From NCBI RefSeq assembly GCF_001457595.1, contig NZ_LN831039.1:1620001-1652000 (forward strand): DNA of 32,000 nucleotides. Direction: 5' to 3'. Source of the DNA: Mycolicibacterium smegmatis (GTDB lineage Bacteria; Actinomycetota; Actinomycetes; Mycobacteriales; Mycobacteriaceae). Position numbers and translations under genes: made by a program. Below, piece by piece: positions 1 to 9,713 of the stretch; the stretch's first letter is position 1, and each line of letters starts with the position of its first letter. Under the pieces are notes generated by a model. The model searched no databases. It saw only the letters and a list, made by a program, of their open reading frames with translations, and was not told where the DNA came from.

Positions 1-293
1 CGCAGCGCGGCCCATACCGACTGTTCTTCGCGCGGCGTGATCGTTGCAGAGGTCACCAAAACTCCGTTCGTACGAAAGGTATTGCCGCAACGAAGAATTG
101 GCCGTATCAATGAGCGACGATGCTCGCCGGCACCGTGCGTTCGGCAGCGCATCGAACTCTACCCCTGGGGGAGGGTTGCGCGCCAAATTGTCGGGTACCG
201 GTGTGCCCGAGCACACAGCGCGCCGCGATTTCTGCACCAGGGTCGTGGATCATCGGGTGAGCACAACCCTGGTGCAGAAATCGGCGGTTGGCG

Positions 294-897
294 CTATGCC
301 GGGGGCATCAGGACCGTGTCGACGAGATACACCGTGACGTTGGCCGTGCGCACACCACCGCACACCACGCATGCGTCGTTGACCTTGAGATCCTCACCCG
401 ATCCGGTCACCTGCACCGTGGCGCCCGCGACGGTCTGGTTGGTCACCGATCACGTCAGTTGGTGCGGCCTGGACCGGAACCACGTGGTAGGTAAGGATTT
501 TCGTCAACGTGGCGGAGTCGGTCTTGAGCGACTCGATGGTGGCCGGGTCGATCTTGGCAAACGCGTCGTCGGTGGGCGCGAACACCGTGAACTCACCGCT
601 GTCGAGCGTCTCGACGAGGTTCACCTGCGGATTCAGCTTGCCTGACAACGCCGAGGTCAATGTGGTGAGAAGCGGGTTGTTTGCGGCCGCCACCGTGACC
701 GGGTCCTGAGCCATGCCTGCATCCGATCCCGGGCCCGTGGGCACCTGCTCGGCATATCCCGCGCAGCCCGTCCGACCAGGTCAGCGGCGACAGGAACACT
801 GTTGGACATCGGCGTCGCGGCACTCGAACATGTGGACGGCCCGAGCACCGCCGCCGCCAGGCCTGCCACGACCGTGTACTGATTGCGCGTGACCACT
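294..897 (-). pseudogene. MPT70/MPT83-like fasciclin-domain secreted protein or lipoprotein, frameshifted
   Basis: Minus-strand pieces of one fasciclin protein lie in different frames: [43 protein letters not shown]; then [88 protein letters not shown] (394..744 ORF); then ...[40 protein letters not shown] ending at about 294. At least two frame changes, near 760-790 and near 450. Confidence 0.8.
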
Positions 898-1137
898 GCC
901 TTGTGTCGCCGACGGCGGTCGCCGTGCTCTATCGGGCATTCGGAGTGGACGCTGTGCTGGATGGGTCGGATCGGAAAGTTCTTCGCAAACAGGTGACCGG
1001 TGTGTGTCGACCGCCGCTGGCCACCCCGCCGATGCGCGCGACATGGGCTTTCACTGTCGTCAGTTTCCCCGCAGCAACGCCCTCGCCGGTGTAGTCTCCG
1101 GGCGGATCTCCTTTGCGGAGACGGCACTTCGACGAGG

Positions 1138-3498
1138 ATGAGGGCGATGGCTGCGGAGTTCAACGGCAAGATCGAACTGGACATCAGGGATTCTGAGCCG
1201 GACTGGGGTCCGTTCGCGGCGCCGACCGCCGCCGAGGGTGCGCCGAACGTGCTGTATGTCGTGTGGGACGACATCGGCATCGCCACCTGGGACTGCTTCG
1301 GCGGTCTGGTCGAGATGCCTGCGATGAGCCGCATCGCCGAACACGGCGTGCGTCTGTCGCAGTTCCACACCACCGCGCTGTGCTCTCCGACGCGGGCCGC
1401 CCTGCTCACCGGCCGCAACCCCACCACGGTCGGCATGGCGACCATCGAGGAGTTCACCGACGGGTTCCCGAACTGCAGCGGACGTATCCCGTTCGAGACC
1501 GCACTGCTTCCCGAGGTGCTCGCCGAGAACGGCTACAACACCTACTGCATCGGCAAGTGGCACCTGACGCCTCTGGAGGAGTCCAATCTCGCGTCCACCA
1601 AACGCCACTGGCCGTGCTCGCGTGGCTTCGAACGGTTCTACGGATTCATGGGTGGCGAGACGGATCAGTGGTACCCCGACCTGACCTACGACAACCACCC
1701 CGTCGACCCGCCCGCGACGCCCGAAGAGGGCTACCACCTGTCAAAAGATCTGGCGGACAAGACCATCGAGTTCATCCGCGACGCAAAGGTGGTGGCGTCC
1801 GACAAGCCGTGGTTCACCTACCTGTGCCCGGGTGCGGGACACGCGCCGCACCACGTGTTCAAGGAATGGGCCGACCGCTACAAGGGCCGCTTCGACATGG
1901 GCTACGAGCGCTACCGCGAGATCGTCCTGGAGAACCAGAAGCGGATGGGACTGGTGCCGCCCGACACCGAACTGTCGCCGGTGAACCCCTACTCCGAGGT
2001 CACCGGACCGGACGGTCAGCCTTGGCCCGCGCAGGACACCGTGCGGCCGTGGGACAGCCTGTCCGATGACGAGAAGGCGCTGTTCTGCCGCATGGCCGAG
2101 GTGTTCGCGGGGTTCCTGTCCTACACCGACGCCCAGATCGGGCGGGTACTGGACTACCTGGAGGAATCCGGCCAGATCGACAACACCATCATCGTGGTGA
2201 TCTCCGACAACGGGGCCAGCGGCGAAGGCGGACCCAACGGTTCGGTCAACGAGACCAAGTTCTTCAACGGTTACATCGACACGGCCGAGGAAGGGCTGAA
2301 GTTCATCGACAAACTCGGTGGCCCGCAGACCTACAACCACTACCCGATCGGGTGGGCCATGGCGTTCAACACGCCCTACAAGTTGTTCAAGCGCTACGCC
2401 TCTCACGAGGGCGGTATCGCCGATCCGGCGATCATCTCCTGGCCCAAGGGAATCGCCGCCCGCGGTGAGGTCCGCGACAACTACGTCAACGTCTGCGACG
2501 TCACCCCGACGGTGTACGACATGCTGGGCATCACGCCACCGGCGACCGTGCGCGGCGTCCCGCAGAAACCCCTCGACGGCGTGAGTTTCAAAGCGGCACT
2601 GGCTGATCCTGATGCACCCACGGGCAAGGAGACCCAGTTCTACGCGATGCTGGGCACACGCGGCATCTGGCACAAGGGCTGGTTCGCCAACACCGTGCAC
2701 GCGGCAACCCCCTCGGGCTGGGGTCATTTCGCCGACGACCGCTGGGAGCTCTTCCACATCGACGCCGATCGCAGCCAGTGCCACGATCTGGCCGCCGAGC
2801 ACCCCGACAGGCTCGAGGAACTCAAGGCGTTGTGGTTCAGCGAGGCCGACAAGTACAACGGCCTGCCGCTCGGTGACCTGTCCATCCTGGAGACCACCAC
2901 GCGGTGGCGGCCCTACCTGACCGGTGAGCGCACCAGCTACACGTACTACCCGCACACCGCCGAGGTGGGCATGGGCGCGGTCGTCGAACTGCGCGGGCAG
3001 TCGTTCAAGGTGCTCGCCGAGGTCACCGTCGACAGCGCCGAGGCCCAGGGCGTGATCTTCAAGCACGGTGGCGCACACGGCGGCCACGTGCTGTTCATCG
3101 CCGACGGCCACCTGCATTACGTCTACAACTTCCTCGGTGAACGCGAGCAGGTGCTGTCCGCGCCGGACCCGGTTCCGTTGGGCCACCACATCTTCGGTGT
3201 GCGGTACGAGCGCACCGGAACCGTGCCGAACAGTCACACCCCGGTGGGTGTCGCGACGTTGTTCGTCGACGGTGGCGCGGTGGCCGACCTGGCCGACGTG
3301 CAGACGCACCCGGCCATCTTCGCGCTCGCCGGCGGCGGCATCGCCGTCGGACGCAACACCGGTTCGGGGGTGTCACGCAGCTATCGCGTGCCGTTCCCGT
3401 TCACCGGCGGTGAGATCGCCCAGGTCACGGTGGACCTGTCCGGCGAGCCGTACGAGGACCTCGTCACCAGGCGGGCCACGGCCTTCGCCAGGGATTGA
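1138..3498 (+). CDS. atsA: Arylsulfatase, type I Cys-type sulfatase
   Basis: Long ORF; sulfatase signature CSPTRAALLTGRNPTTVG, N-terminal metal site VVWDDIG, GKWHLTP motif. Upstream part of the ORF from 1000 is probably non-coding; ATG at 1138 preferred. Confidence 0.93.
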   Translation: MRAMAAEFNGKIELDIRDSEPDWGPFAAPTAAEGAPNVLYVVWDDIGIATWDCFGGLVEMPAMSRIAEHGVRLSQFHTTALCSPTRAALLTGRNPTTVGMATIEEFTDGFPNCSGRIPFETALLPEVLAENGYNTYCIGKWHLTPLEESNLASTKRHWPCSRGFERFYGFMGGETDQWYPDLTYDNHPVDPPATPEEGYHLSKDLADKTIEFIRDAKVVASDKPWFTYLCPGAGHAPHHVFKEWADRYKGRFDMGYERYREIVLENQKRMGLVPPDTELSPVNPYSEVTGPDGQPWPAQDTVRPWDSLSDDEKALFCRMAEVFAGFLSYTDAQIGRVLDYLEESGQIDNTIIVVISDNGASGEGGPNGSVNETKFFNGYIDTAEEGLKFIDKLGGPQTYNHYPIGWAMAFNTPYKLFKRYASHEGGIADPAIISWPKGIAARGEVRDNYVNVCDVTPTVYDMLGITPPATVRGVPQKPLDGVSFKAALADPDAPTGKETQFYAMLGTRGIWHKGWFANTVHAATPSGWGHFADDRWELFHIDADRSQCHDLAAEHPDRLEELKALWFSEADKYNGLPLGDLSILETTTRWRPYLTGERTSYTYYPHTAEVGMGAVVELRGQSFKVLAEVTVDSAEAQGVIFKHGGAHGGHVLFIADGHLHYVYNFLGEREQVLSAPDPVPLGHHIFGVRYERTGTVPNSHTPVGVATLFVDGGAVADLADVQTHPAIFALAGGGIAVGRNTGSGVSRSYRVPFPFTGGEIAQVTVDLSGEPYEDLVTRRATAFARD

Positions 3499-3540
3499 CG
3501 AACCTGAAGCGATGAACCCGGTCCCGCCTACCCTGAAGCC

Positions 3541-4431
3541 ATGCTGACGGAGCTTGTCGAGGTTCCCGGCGGCTCGTTCCGGATGGGGTCGACAAGCTTC
3601 TACCCCGAGGAAGCGCCGGTGCACACCGCGACGGTCGGGGATTTCGCGATCGAACGTCATCCGGTGACCAACGCGCAGTTCGCCGAGTTCGTCGAGGCCA
3701 CCGGGTATGTCACCGTGGCCGAACGGCCGTTGGATCCGAAGCTGTATCCCGGTGTGCCGGAAGCGGATCTGGTGCCGGGTTCCCTGGTGTTCCGGCCGAC
3801 GTCCGGGCCGGTGGACCTGCGGGACTGGCGGCAGTGGTGGGACTGGGCGCCGGGTGCGTGCTGGCATCACCCGTTCGGGCCGCGCCGCGAATTCTGCCGG
3901 CCCGATCATCCGGTGGTCCAGGTCGCCTACCCCGATGCGGTGGCCTACGCGACGTGGGCCGGACGCCGGTTGCCCACCGAGGCCGAGTGGGAGTACGCCG
4001 CACGTGGCGGACCGAAGGGCGGCGTGGGGTTCCTCTACGCCTGGGGCGACGAGGTGTGTCCGGACGGGCAACTCATGGCCAACACCTGGCAGGGAAAGTT
4101 CCCGTACCGCAACGACGGTGCACTCGGCTGGAAGGGGACGTCACCAGTCGGGACGTTCCCGCCGAACCGCCTCGGTCTGGTCGACATGATCGGCAACGTG
4201 TGGGAGTGGACGGCGACGAAGTTCTCGGCGCACCACCGACCGGGGGACGAATCTCACGTCACGTGCTGTCCGCCGCCGTCCGGTGGCGACCCCGGCGTCA
4301 ACCAGGTGCTCAAGGGTGGATCGCATCTGTGCGCGCCGGAGTACTGCCACCGATACCGCCCGGCGGCACGCTCACCGCAGTCGCAGGACAGCTCGACCAC
4401 CCACATCGGGTTCCGCTGCATCGTCTCCTGA
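3541..4431 (+). CDS. Formylglycine-generating enzyme/SUMF1-like protein (sulfatase-modifying factor)
   Basis: VPGGSFRMGS, HPVTNAQFAEFVEATGY, RLPTEAEWEYAARGG, GNVWEWTATKF, RVLKGGSHLCAPEYCHRYRPAAR-type C-terminus; directly downstream of a Cys-type sulfatase. Confidence 0.93.
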   Translation: MLTELVEVPGGSFRMGSTSFYPEEAPVHTATVGDFAIERHPVTNAQFAEFVEATGYVTVAERPLDPKLYPGVPEADLVPGSLVFRPTSGPVDLRDWRQWWDWAPGACWHHPFGPRREFCRPDHPVVQVAYPDAVAYATWAGRRLPTEAEWEYAARGGPKGGVGFLYAWGDEVCPDGQLMANTWQGKFPYRNDGALGWKGTSPVGTFPPNRLGLVDMIGNVWEWTATKFSAHHRPGDESHVTCCPPPSGGDPGVNQVLKGGSHLCAPEYCHRYRPAARSPQSQDSSTTHIGFRCIVS

Positions 4432-4454
4432 AAGAGTTCCCGCCGCAATCAGAT

Positions 4455-6083
4455 TCAGAAGATGATGATCGCGACCACGGTCGACAGGACCAGCCCTGCC
4501 ATCACCGGCAGGAAACACTTGCGGGCCAGGCTGAGCACCGGCACCCGGGCGAAGCCGGCGACGGCCACCAGCGACGACCACGCCACGAGCGTGCCGCCAC
4601 CCGACCAGATGTTGCCCATCTGACCGATCGCGGCCAGCGTCGACGGATCCATGTGCACCACCGGACCCAGCGCCCCGGACAGCGACCCGGTCAACGGCAG
4701 GCCACTGAAACCCGAGCCCTCCAGGCCGGCGATGAGTCCGACGAACAGCACCGCGAACGACGTGACGACGGGGTTCGGCGACAAATGCGACTGGGCGGCG
4801 GTGATCAGGTCGAACAGGAACGCCGGACCGGTGGCGTCGGCGGGCATGCCGAGGATGGCCGCCGAGAAGTCACCGTTGCCGATGAAGAAGAACCCTGCGA
4901 TGGGCAGCACGATGCCCATCGCCTTGAACGCGAACACCAGACCGTCGACGACGTGTTGCGACGAGGTCTCCAGGAAGTTGCGCTTGTCGTTGGTGGCCGC
5001 GGCGGCGAACAGCAGCATGGCGGCCAGGCCACCCACGATCGCCGCGGCGTCGCCGCCCTGGAGCGGGGGCACCACATTGGTGAACTTGCCGAGCAGCAGA
5101 TAGACGATGAACGCCAGGTACACCAGCGGGACCAGGAGTGCGAACACCTTCGCCGACAGTTTCTTCGGTTCCTGCTCACCGGTCTCGGCCCCGGTGTCCA
5201 CTATGGCCTCCACGATCACCGCGGCCTTCACTGCCTTCACGGTGGCCACGGCCGTGTCGCCGTCAGAGCGGGTGGGGCCGTCGGTGACCGTGGGTCCGGC
5301 GGGAGCGGGTTTGCGTCCGTTGGAGCCGGCCGTGGCGCTCGGACTGCCCGCCGGCCCGCCGCTCGGGGAATCCTCATCGTCGTCGCCGACACCTCGGCGC
5401 TCGGCCGCGTTCTCCCATTCGACAAGCAGTTCCGGTGACGGGTTGCGCCACGTGCGACGCTGCATGACGTAGGTGATCCCCAGCGCGGTCAACCCCACGA
5501 TGAGGGACAGCACCATGGCCTTGTCGGCAACCGAATCAGGGTCGACGCCAGCGGCTTTCGCGGAGATGCCGGGTGCGACCTTGATGATGTAATCCGACGA
5601 CAGGGCCATGCCCTGACCGGCGATCGCGATGACCATGCCCACCGACATCGGCGAGAGGCCCGCGCGGATCGCGACCGGGATGAGCACCGCGCCCACGAGC
5701 GGGACGGCAGGGGTGGGCCAGAAGAACAGCGAGATCACGTAGGTGACGATCGCGAGCACGATGAAACTGCTCGTCCCGGCGCGCATGACGCGGCGGAACG
5801 GGGTGACCATCATGCGGTCGGCGCCCATCTCGCGCAGCGCGCCCAGCATGGCCGTGACGATCGCGATGATCAGGAAGATGTTGAACAGTTCCTTGGCCGC
5901 GGTCAGGCTCGCGTTGAATATCGCCGACAGGCCGGTGATCAGGCTGCCCGAGAACGCCCAGGCAGTGAGCAGCGTTGCAGTTACCGCAGGCACGACGATG
6001 TTCTTGCGGACCGCCATCGTGAGCAGGATGACCACGATTCCGGCGAGGTATATCCAGTGCGCCGCGGTGAGTGGGGTGTCCAA
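4455..6083 (-). CDS. Multi-spanning membrane permease of unassigned family (paralog of 16620..18140)
   Basis: Many hydrophobic segments; motifs FNIFLIIAIVTAMLGALREMGAD, FFWPTPAVPLVGAVLIPVAIRAGL, AIAGQGMALSSDYIIKVAPGISA shared with the protein at 16620..18140; charged/low-complexity central loop. Confidence 0.75.
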   Translation of the reverse strand: MDTPLTAAHWIYLAGIVVILLTMAVRKNIVVPAVTATLLTAWAFSGSLITGLSAIFNASLTAAKELFNIFLIIAIVTAMLGALREMGADRMMVTPFRRVMRAGTSSFIVLAIVTYVISLFFWPTPAVPLVGAVLIPVAIRAGLSPMSVGMVIAIAGQGMALSSDYIIKVAPGISAKAAGVDPDSVADKAMVLSLIVGLTALGITYVMQRRTWRNPSPELLVEWENAAERRGVGDDDEDSPSGGPAGSPSATAGSNGRKPAPAGPTVTDGPTRSDGDTAVATVKAVKAAVIVEAIVDTGAETGEQEPKKLSAKVFALLVPLVYLAFIVYLLLGKFTNVVPPLQGGDAAAIVGGLAAMLLFAAAATNDKRNFLETSSQHVVDGLVFAFKAMGIVLPIAGFFFIGNGDFSAAILGMPADATGPAFLFDLITAAQSHLSPNPVVTSFAVLFVGLIAGLEGSGFSGLPLTGSLSGALGPVVHMDPSTLAAIGQMGNIWSGGGTLVAWSSLVAVAGFARVPVLSLARKCFLPVMAGLVLSTVVAIIIF

Positions 6084-6304
6084 AGCGGGACCTCTCGTTG
6101 AACTGCTGGTGGGCTGTGCAGTCAGATGCTGGAATGTTCGGCGCGGTCACGGCCTGGGTCAACGACAACAGTGCACAGCCGGAACTGTCAGGCCCTGTGC
6201 ACTGTGTTCCGATCTTGTCGATCGCATGGCGGGGCGTTACGGACCTGTAAAGGCTGTTACGTTTGACCGGGAGTCGCCGTGCACACCGCGACGACCGGGA
6301 TTTT

Positions 6305-6320
6305 TGTGCACTTTGACCCG
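6305..6320 (+). promoter_or_regulatory. Candidate regulator site TGTGCActTTGACCCG
   Basis: Same motif in the divergent intergenic region 6084..6454. Confidence 0.6.
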
Positions 6321-6454
6321 AGCCCCGCGTAATGCGTTGTGCACCTTCACTTGACGGGAACCGCCAACACCGGGCCTCGCGGTGGGAGAGTGGCGGGCAG
6401 AGACATCCACGCGCACTCACCGATTCGTCAGCCAACAGGATGGTTACGCACAGC

Positions 6455-7831
6455 ATGACCGATGTTCGCCAGACGCCGACTCCCGACGCCGCGCCGCCCA
6501 CCGGCGCGGATACCGGTACGCCGCTGGGGCTCGCGGCGCTGCTCGCGGGCACGCTCGTGGGCACGGTCAGCAACAACGTCGTGAACGTCCCACTCGACGC
6601 GATCATCGGTGAGTTCGATGCTTCTTTGGGAAACGGCGTTTTCGTCGTGGTGGGCTTCCTGGTCTGTTTCGCCGCGACCATACCGTTGGCCGGATGGTTC
6701 GGCGACCGCTTCGGGCGCAGGCGGGTGTACTGCGCGGCGCTGCTCGCCACGGCGGTATGTGCTGTCGGCGCGGCGACCGCACCGTCGTTGCCGCTGCTGA
6801 TCGCATGGCGGTCGGTGGGTGGGGTTGCTGCGGCTGCGTTCGCTCCGGCCGTGATGGGACTGCTCGCGTGGATGTTCTCCGGTGCGCGCCGTGGCCGGGC
6901 CATGGGCGCGTGGGCATCGGTCAACGGTATCGGGCAGGCCGTGGGCCCGACCCTGGGCGGACTGGTGGCCGATCACTGGGGATGGCGCTGGATCTTCGTT
7001 CCCCTGGTCCCTGTCGCGCTCGCGGGTTTTGTCGGCACGCTGCGCTACGTACCGAAGTTCCCCGGCGCGAGGATGCGCTTCGACCTGGCCGGGGCGGCCG
7101 CGCTGACGTTCGGTTCGGCGCTGCTGATGCTCGGATTGGCCATCGTGCCGCAACCGAACGTGAGCGGCTGGGCCGCGGCGGGATCGGTCGCGCTCGGTGT
7201 CGTCGCACTGGTCTGGTTCTGCTTTCACTGTGCGCGCGTGCCCAATCCGTTCGTCAACGTTCGCCTGGTCACCGAATCGCGTTTTGCCAGAAGTGCTCTC
7301 GCGGCGTTTGCGCAGATGTTCTGCCTCGGGGCCACTCTGCTGGCCGTGCCGCTGTACCTCGTGGCGCATGCGGTTTCGATATCGACGGCCGGCCTGGTGC
7401 TGTTCACGGTGCCCGTCGCGATGGCCGTGCTGGGCCCGGTGGTCGGCCGCCGTCAGGACCGCCTGGGCCCCAGGCTCGTGCTGCGTGTCGGGCTCGTCGT
7501 GTTGCTGGCCGTGCAGATCGCCCTGGCCGTCACGGTTGCCCAGGACCGCCTGCTGCTCGGGGTGCTGATTGCTGCACTGGTGACGGCCGGGGTGGGGATC
7601 GCGCTGGTGCAGACGCCGGCGGCCACCGGGGCCACCCGCTCACCCGCGGGTGCGGAGGGGACCGGACTGGGGCTGTTCAACCTGGTGCGGTTTGCCGGAT
7701 CGGCCTGCGGTGCAGCGTGGGTCGCGGTCGCACTCTCGGGGCCCGCGTCGTTCCCCGGGGTGTTCATCGCGTCCGCGGTGATCGTGGCCCTCGGGCTGGC
7801 CGGGACGTTCTTCGGTCCCGACCCGGCCTGA
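6455..7831 (+). CDS. MFS transporter (drug:H+ antiporter-like)
   Basis: ORF from ATG 6455: LLAGTLVGTVSNNVVNVPLDAIIGEF ... GWFGDRFGRRRVYCAALL ... WRSVGGVAAAAFAPAVMGLLAWMF; typical 14-TM DHA-like pattern. Confidence 0.85.
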   Translation: MTDVRQTPTPDAAPPTGADTGTPLGLAALLAGTLVGTVSNNVVNVPLDAIIGEFDASLGNGVFVVVGFLVCFAATIPLAGWFGDRFGRRRVYCAALLATAVCAVGAATAPSLPLLIAWRSVGGVAAAAFAPAVMGLLAWMFSGARRGRAMGAWASVNGIGQAVGPTLGGLVADHWGWRWIFVPLVPVALAGFVGTLRYVPKFPGARMRFDLAGAAALTFGSALLMLGLAIVPQPNVSGWAAAGSVALGVVALVWFCFHCARVPNPFVNVRLVTESRFARSALAAFAQMFCLGATLLAVPLYLVAHAVSISTAGLVLFTVPVAMAVLGPVVGRRQDRLGPRLVLRVGLVVLLAVQIALAVTVAQDRLLLGVLIAALVTAGVGIALVQTPAATGATRSPAGAEGTGLGLFNLVRFAGSACGAAWVAVALSGPASFPGVFIASAVIVALGLAGTFFGPDPA

Positions 7832-9517
7832 TCAGCGAAAGCTCGCCTCGCGTTCGACCGCGGAGTGCACCTCGTCGAGCAGATCGAGGCGGATGGCCAG
7901 CCACACCGTGAACTGGTGCTCCGGATCGCGGACATCCATGCCGAGCATGCGGGAGATCCGGTCGAGCTTGGCGAGCATGGTGTTGCGGTGCACGTTGAGC
8001 GTGCGCGCGGTGGCGTTGATGTTGCCGCCCTCGGACAGGTACGCCTCCAGCGTCTCCAGCAGATCGGGTGAGGAACGCAACGGCCCCAACACGTCTCGCA
8101 CCAGCTGGCGGCTGTCCTCGGTCTCGGCGACCTGGGCCAGCACCGTGAAACCCCGCAACTGTTGATACGACGTCGCACCCGTGCGGTGCAGGCGCCGCGC
8201 GATACCGAGCGCAACCCTGGCCTCCCGGTAGCTCTCCCGGACCTCCCCGGCGCCGAGCGCCGGGCGGCCGTAGGCGACGGGCGCGGGAAGGCCCCGTCGC
8301 CGCTGCAGCTCGCCGGACATGGCCTCGGCATACTCGGCCATCTCGCTGCGCATGGCCGCAGCGTCCTCGCCGCGCAACGTGCGGACCACGACGAGCACGT
8401 CGCCGATCACCGTGACGTAGGCATGCACCGACGGGTGCGCCGCCACCCCGGCCGCGTACCGCGCCAGCCGCACCATCGGCGTCGTAGGACTGTCGGAAAC
8501 CCTGGGCAGCACACCGGGCGCCACGAAAACACCGAACCGCGCGTCGAGTTCGATGTCGTGATGCTCGGCGCGGGCGCGCATGTCGTGCTCGCTGGAGAAG
8601 CTGCCGTGCACCAGGGCCTGGACGAAATCACCCCGCGCGCGTTCCTCGGCCTCGTCGACGCTGCGTTGCCGCAACATCTCCGACCCGATGATCGCGGTGG
8701 CCTGTTCGGTGAGCACCTCGTGCCGCGCCAGATCGTGCTTGCTCGGGCCGTCGGCGTGATCGGGAGCCAACGTCGGGACCAGGACGGCCACCCAGCCCTC
8801 GAACGACTTGCCCAGCCGGATCGCGCTCGCCACACACGTCCATCTGCTGTCCTCCGGACCGGTGACCTGCTGCGTGCGCGTGTCGTGGCCGTCGTGGCGC
8901 CGCTCCGACGCCGGGAGGTCGGCGGCCAGCATCCGGCTCACCGAATCGGCCAGGGCGGCCACGGCTTCGGGGGGCAGGCCGTGGTGGGCCACCACATGAC
9001 CGCGGGCATCGAGTGCCACGGCGGGATTGCGCGCCAGGTTGGACACCTCGCGCACCAAAATCTGCAGGCCCGCGCCACGGTGGAACAGGCCGGCCAGGGT
9101 GGCGTGCACGTGCGTCGAGTAGCGCATGACGTGCACCTCCTGGCTGAGCGCGCGCTCGGCCAGCAGCCGGTTGAGGGCCGCGAAACCCACCGGGATGCCG
9201 AGTTCCACGACCACCAGCCCGGCGGGCAGCCCGCCCAGGTCCGGTGGGGCGACACCGTCGACCAGCAGCGTGGTCGCGCCCCTGGCGGCGAGCGCCGAAA
9301 GCGTCGAAGCGCGGCCCGTCAACGATTCGGGGCGCGCGTACACCGCCACCGCGTCCAGCCGATCATGTTGTGACAGAACCTCGTTGAGTGGAAGCACCCA
9401 GGTGAGTTCCTCGTCGAGCAGGTCTTCGCCCGCGACGATCCGCGAACCAGCCATGAGGGACTCGTCCAGAAGCCCGCGCACCGTCATCCGGCCGCTGTCG
9501 ATCGGTGGTGCCGTCAT
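7832..9517 (-). CDS. PucR/CdaR-type transcriptional regulator
   Basis: N-terminal PucR-like domain (MTVRGLLDESLMAGSRIVAGEDLLDEELTWV) and C-terminal HTH (LLETLEAYLSEGGNINATARTLNVHRNTMLAKLDRISRMLGMDV). Confidence 0.88.
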   Translation of the reverse strand: MTAPPIDSGRMTVRGLLDESLMAGSRIVAGEDLLDEELTWVLPLNEVLSQHDRLDAVAVYARPESLTGRASTLSALAARGATTLLVDGVAPPDLGGLPAGLVVVELGIPVGFAALNRLLAERALSQEVHVMRYSTHVHATLAGLFHRGAGLQILVREVSNLARNPAVALDARGHVVAHHGLPPEAVAALADSVSRMLAADLPASERRHDGHDTRTQQVTGPEDSRWTCVASAIRLGKSFEGWVAVLVPTLAPDHADGPSKHDLARHEVLTEQATAIIGSEMLRQRSVDEAEERARGDFVQALVHGSFSSEHDMRARAEHHDIELDARFGVFVAPGVLPRVSDSPTTPMVRLARYAAGVAAHPSVHAYVTVIGDVLVVVRTLRGEDAAAMRSEMAEYAEAMSGELQRRRGLPAPVAYGRPALGAGEVRESYREARVALGIARRLHRTGATSYQQLRGFTVLAQVAETEDSRQLVRDVLGPLRSSPDLLETLEAYLSEGGNINATARTLNVHRNTMLAKLDRISRMLGMDVRDPEHQFTVWLAIRLDLLDEVHSAVEREASFR

Positions 9518-9595
9518 GTCAACCCCCGTGCTGTGTGCCTGGTGCGCCCTCTGGTGCCTGTTATTCGATTACCGGACCCCTCGTCACAGGCACCA

Positions 9596-9611
9596 TGTGC
9601 AACTTGACCCG
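9596..9611 (+). promoter_or_regulatory. Candidate regulator site TGTGCAacTTGACCCG
   Basis: Matches TGTGCANNTTGACCC(G) found also at 6305, 10167 and (degenerate) 16516; 118 nt upstream of ATG 9714. Confidence 0.6.
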
Positions 9612-9713
9612 TCGCGGCGCATTTTTCCGGTCATATTAACCATCACCTGGTCGGTGTGCCCGTTGATAGACATGGCTCCGTCAGCCCGAGCTGCGAGAGA
9701 GCGAGAGAGACCA

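Noticed and set aside
1741-3309. Long minus-strand ORF (522 aa) opposite atsA
   Set aside because: Low-complexity composition rich in V/G/R with no recognisable domain; typical antisense shadow ORF in high-GC DNA, while the plus strand encodes an unambiguous sulfatase.
5536-6924. 462-aa minus-strand ORF spanning the 5' end of permease 1, the intergenic region and part of the MFS gene
   Set aside because: It crosses two well-supported genes and a motif-rich intergenic region, and its translation has no domain-like features; another high-GC spurious ORF.
8162-9373. 403-aa plus-strand ORF opposite the PucR-type regulator
   Set aside because: No domain signal; the reverse strand has clear PucR and HTH sequence.
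9604-9637. Interpreting TTGACC in the 16-mer as an ordinary -35 box paired with the CATATT hexamer
   Set aside because: The spacing is 22 nt, well outside the usual 16-19 nt, so an activator site overlapping the -35 position fits better.
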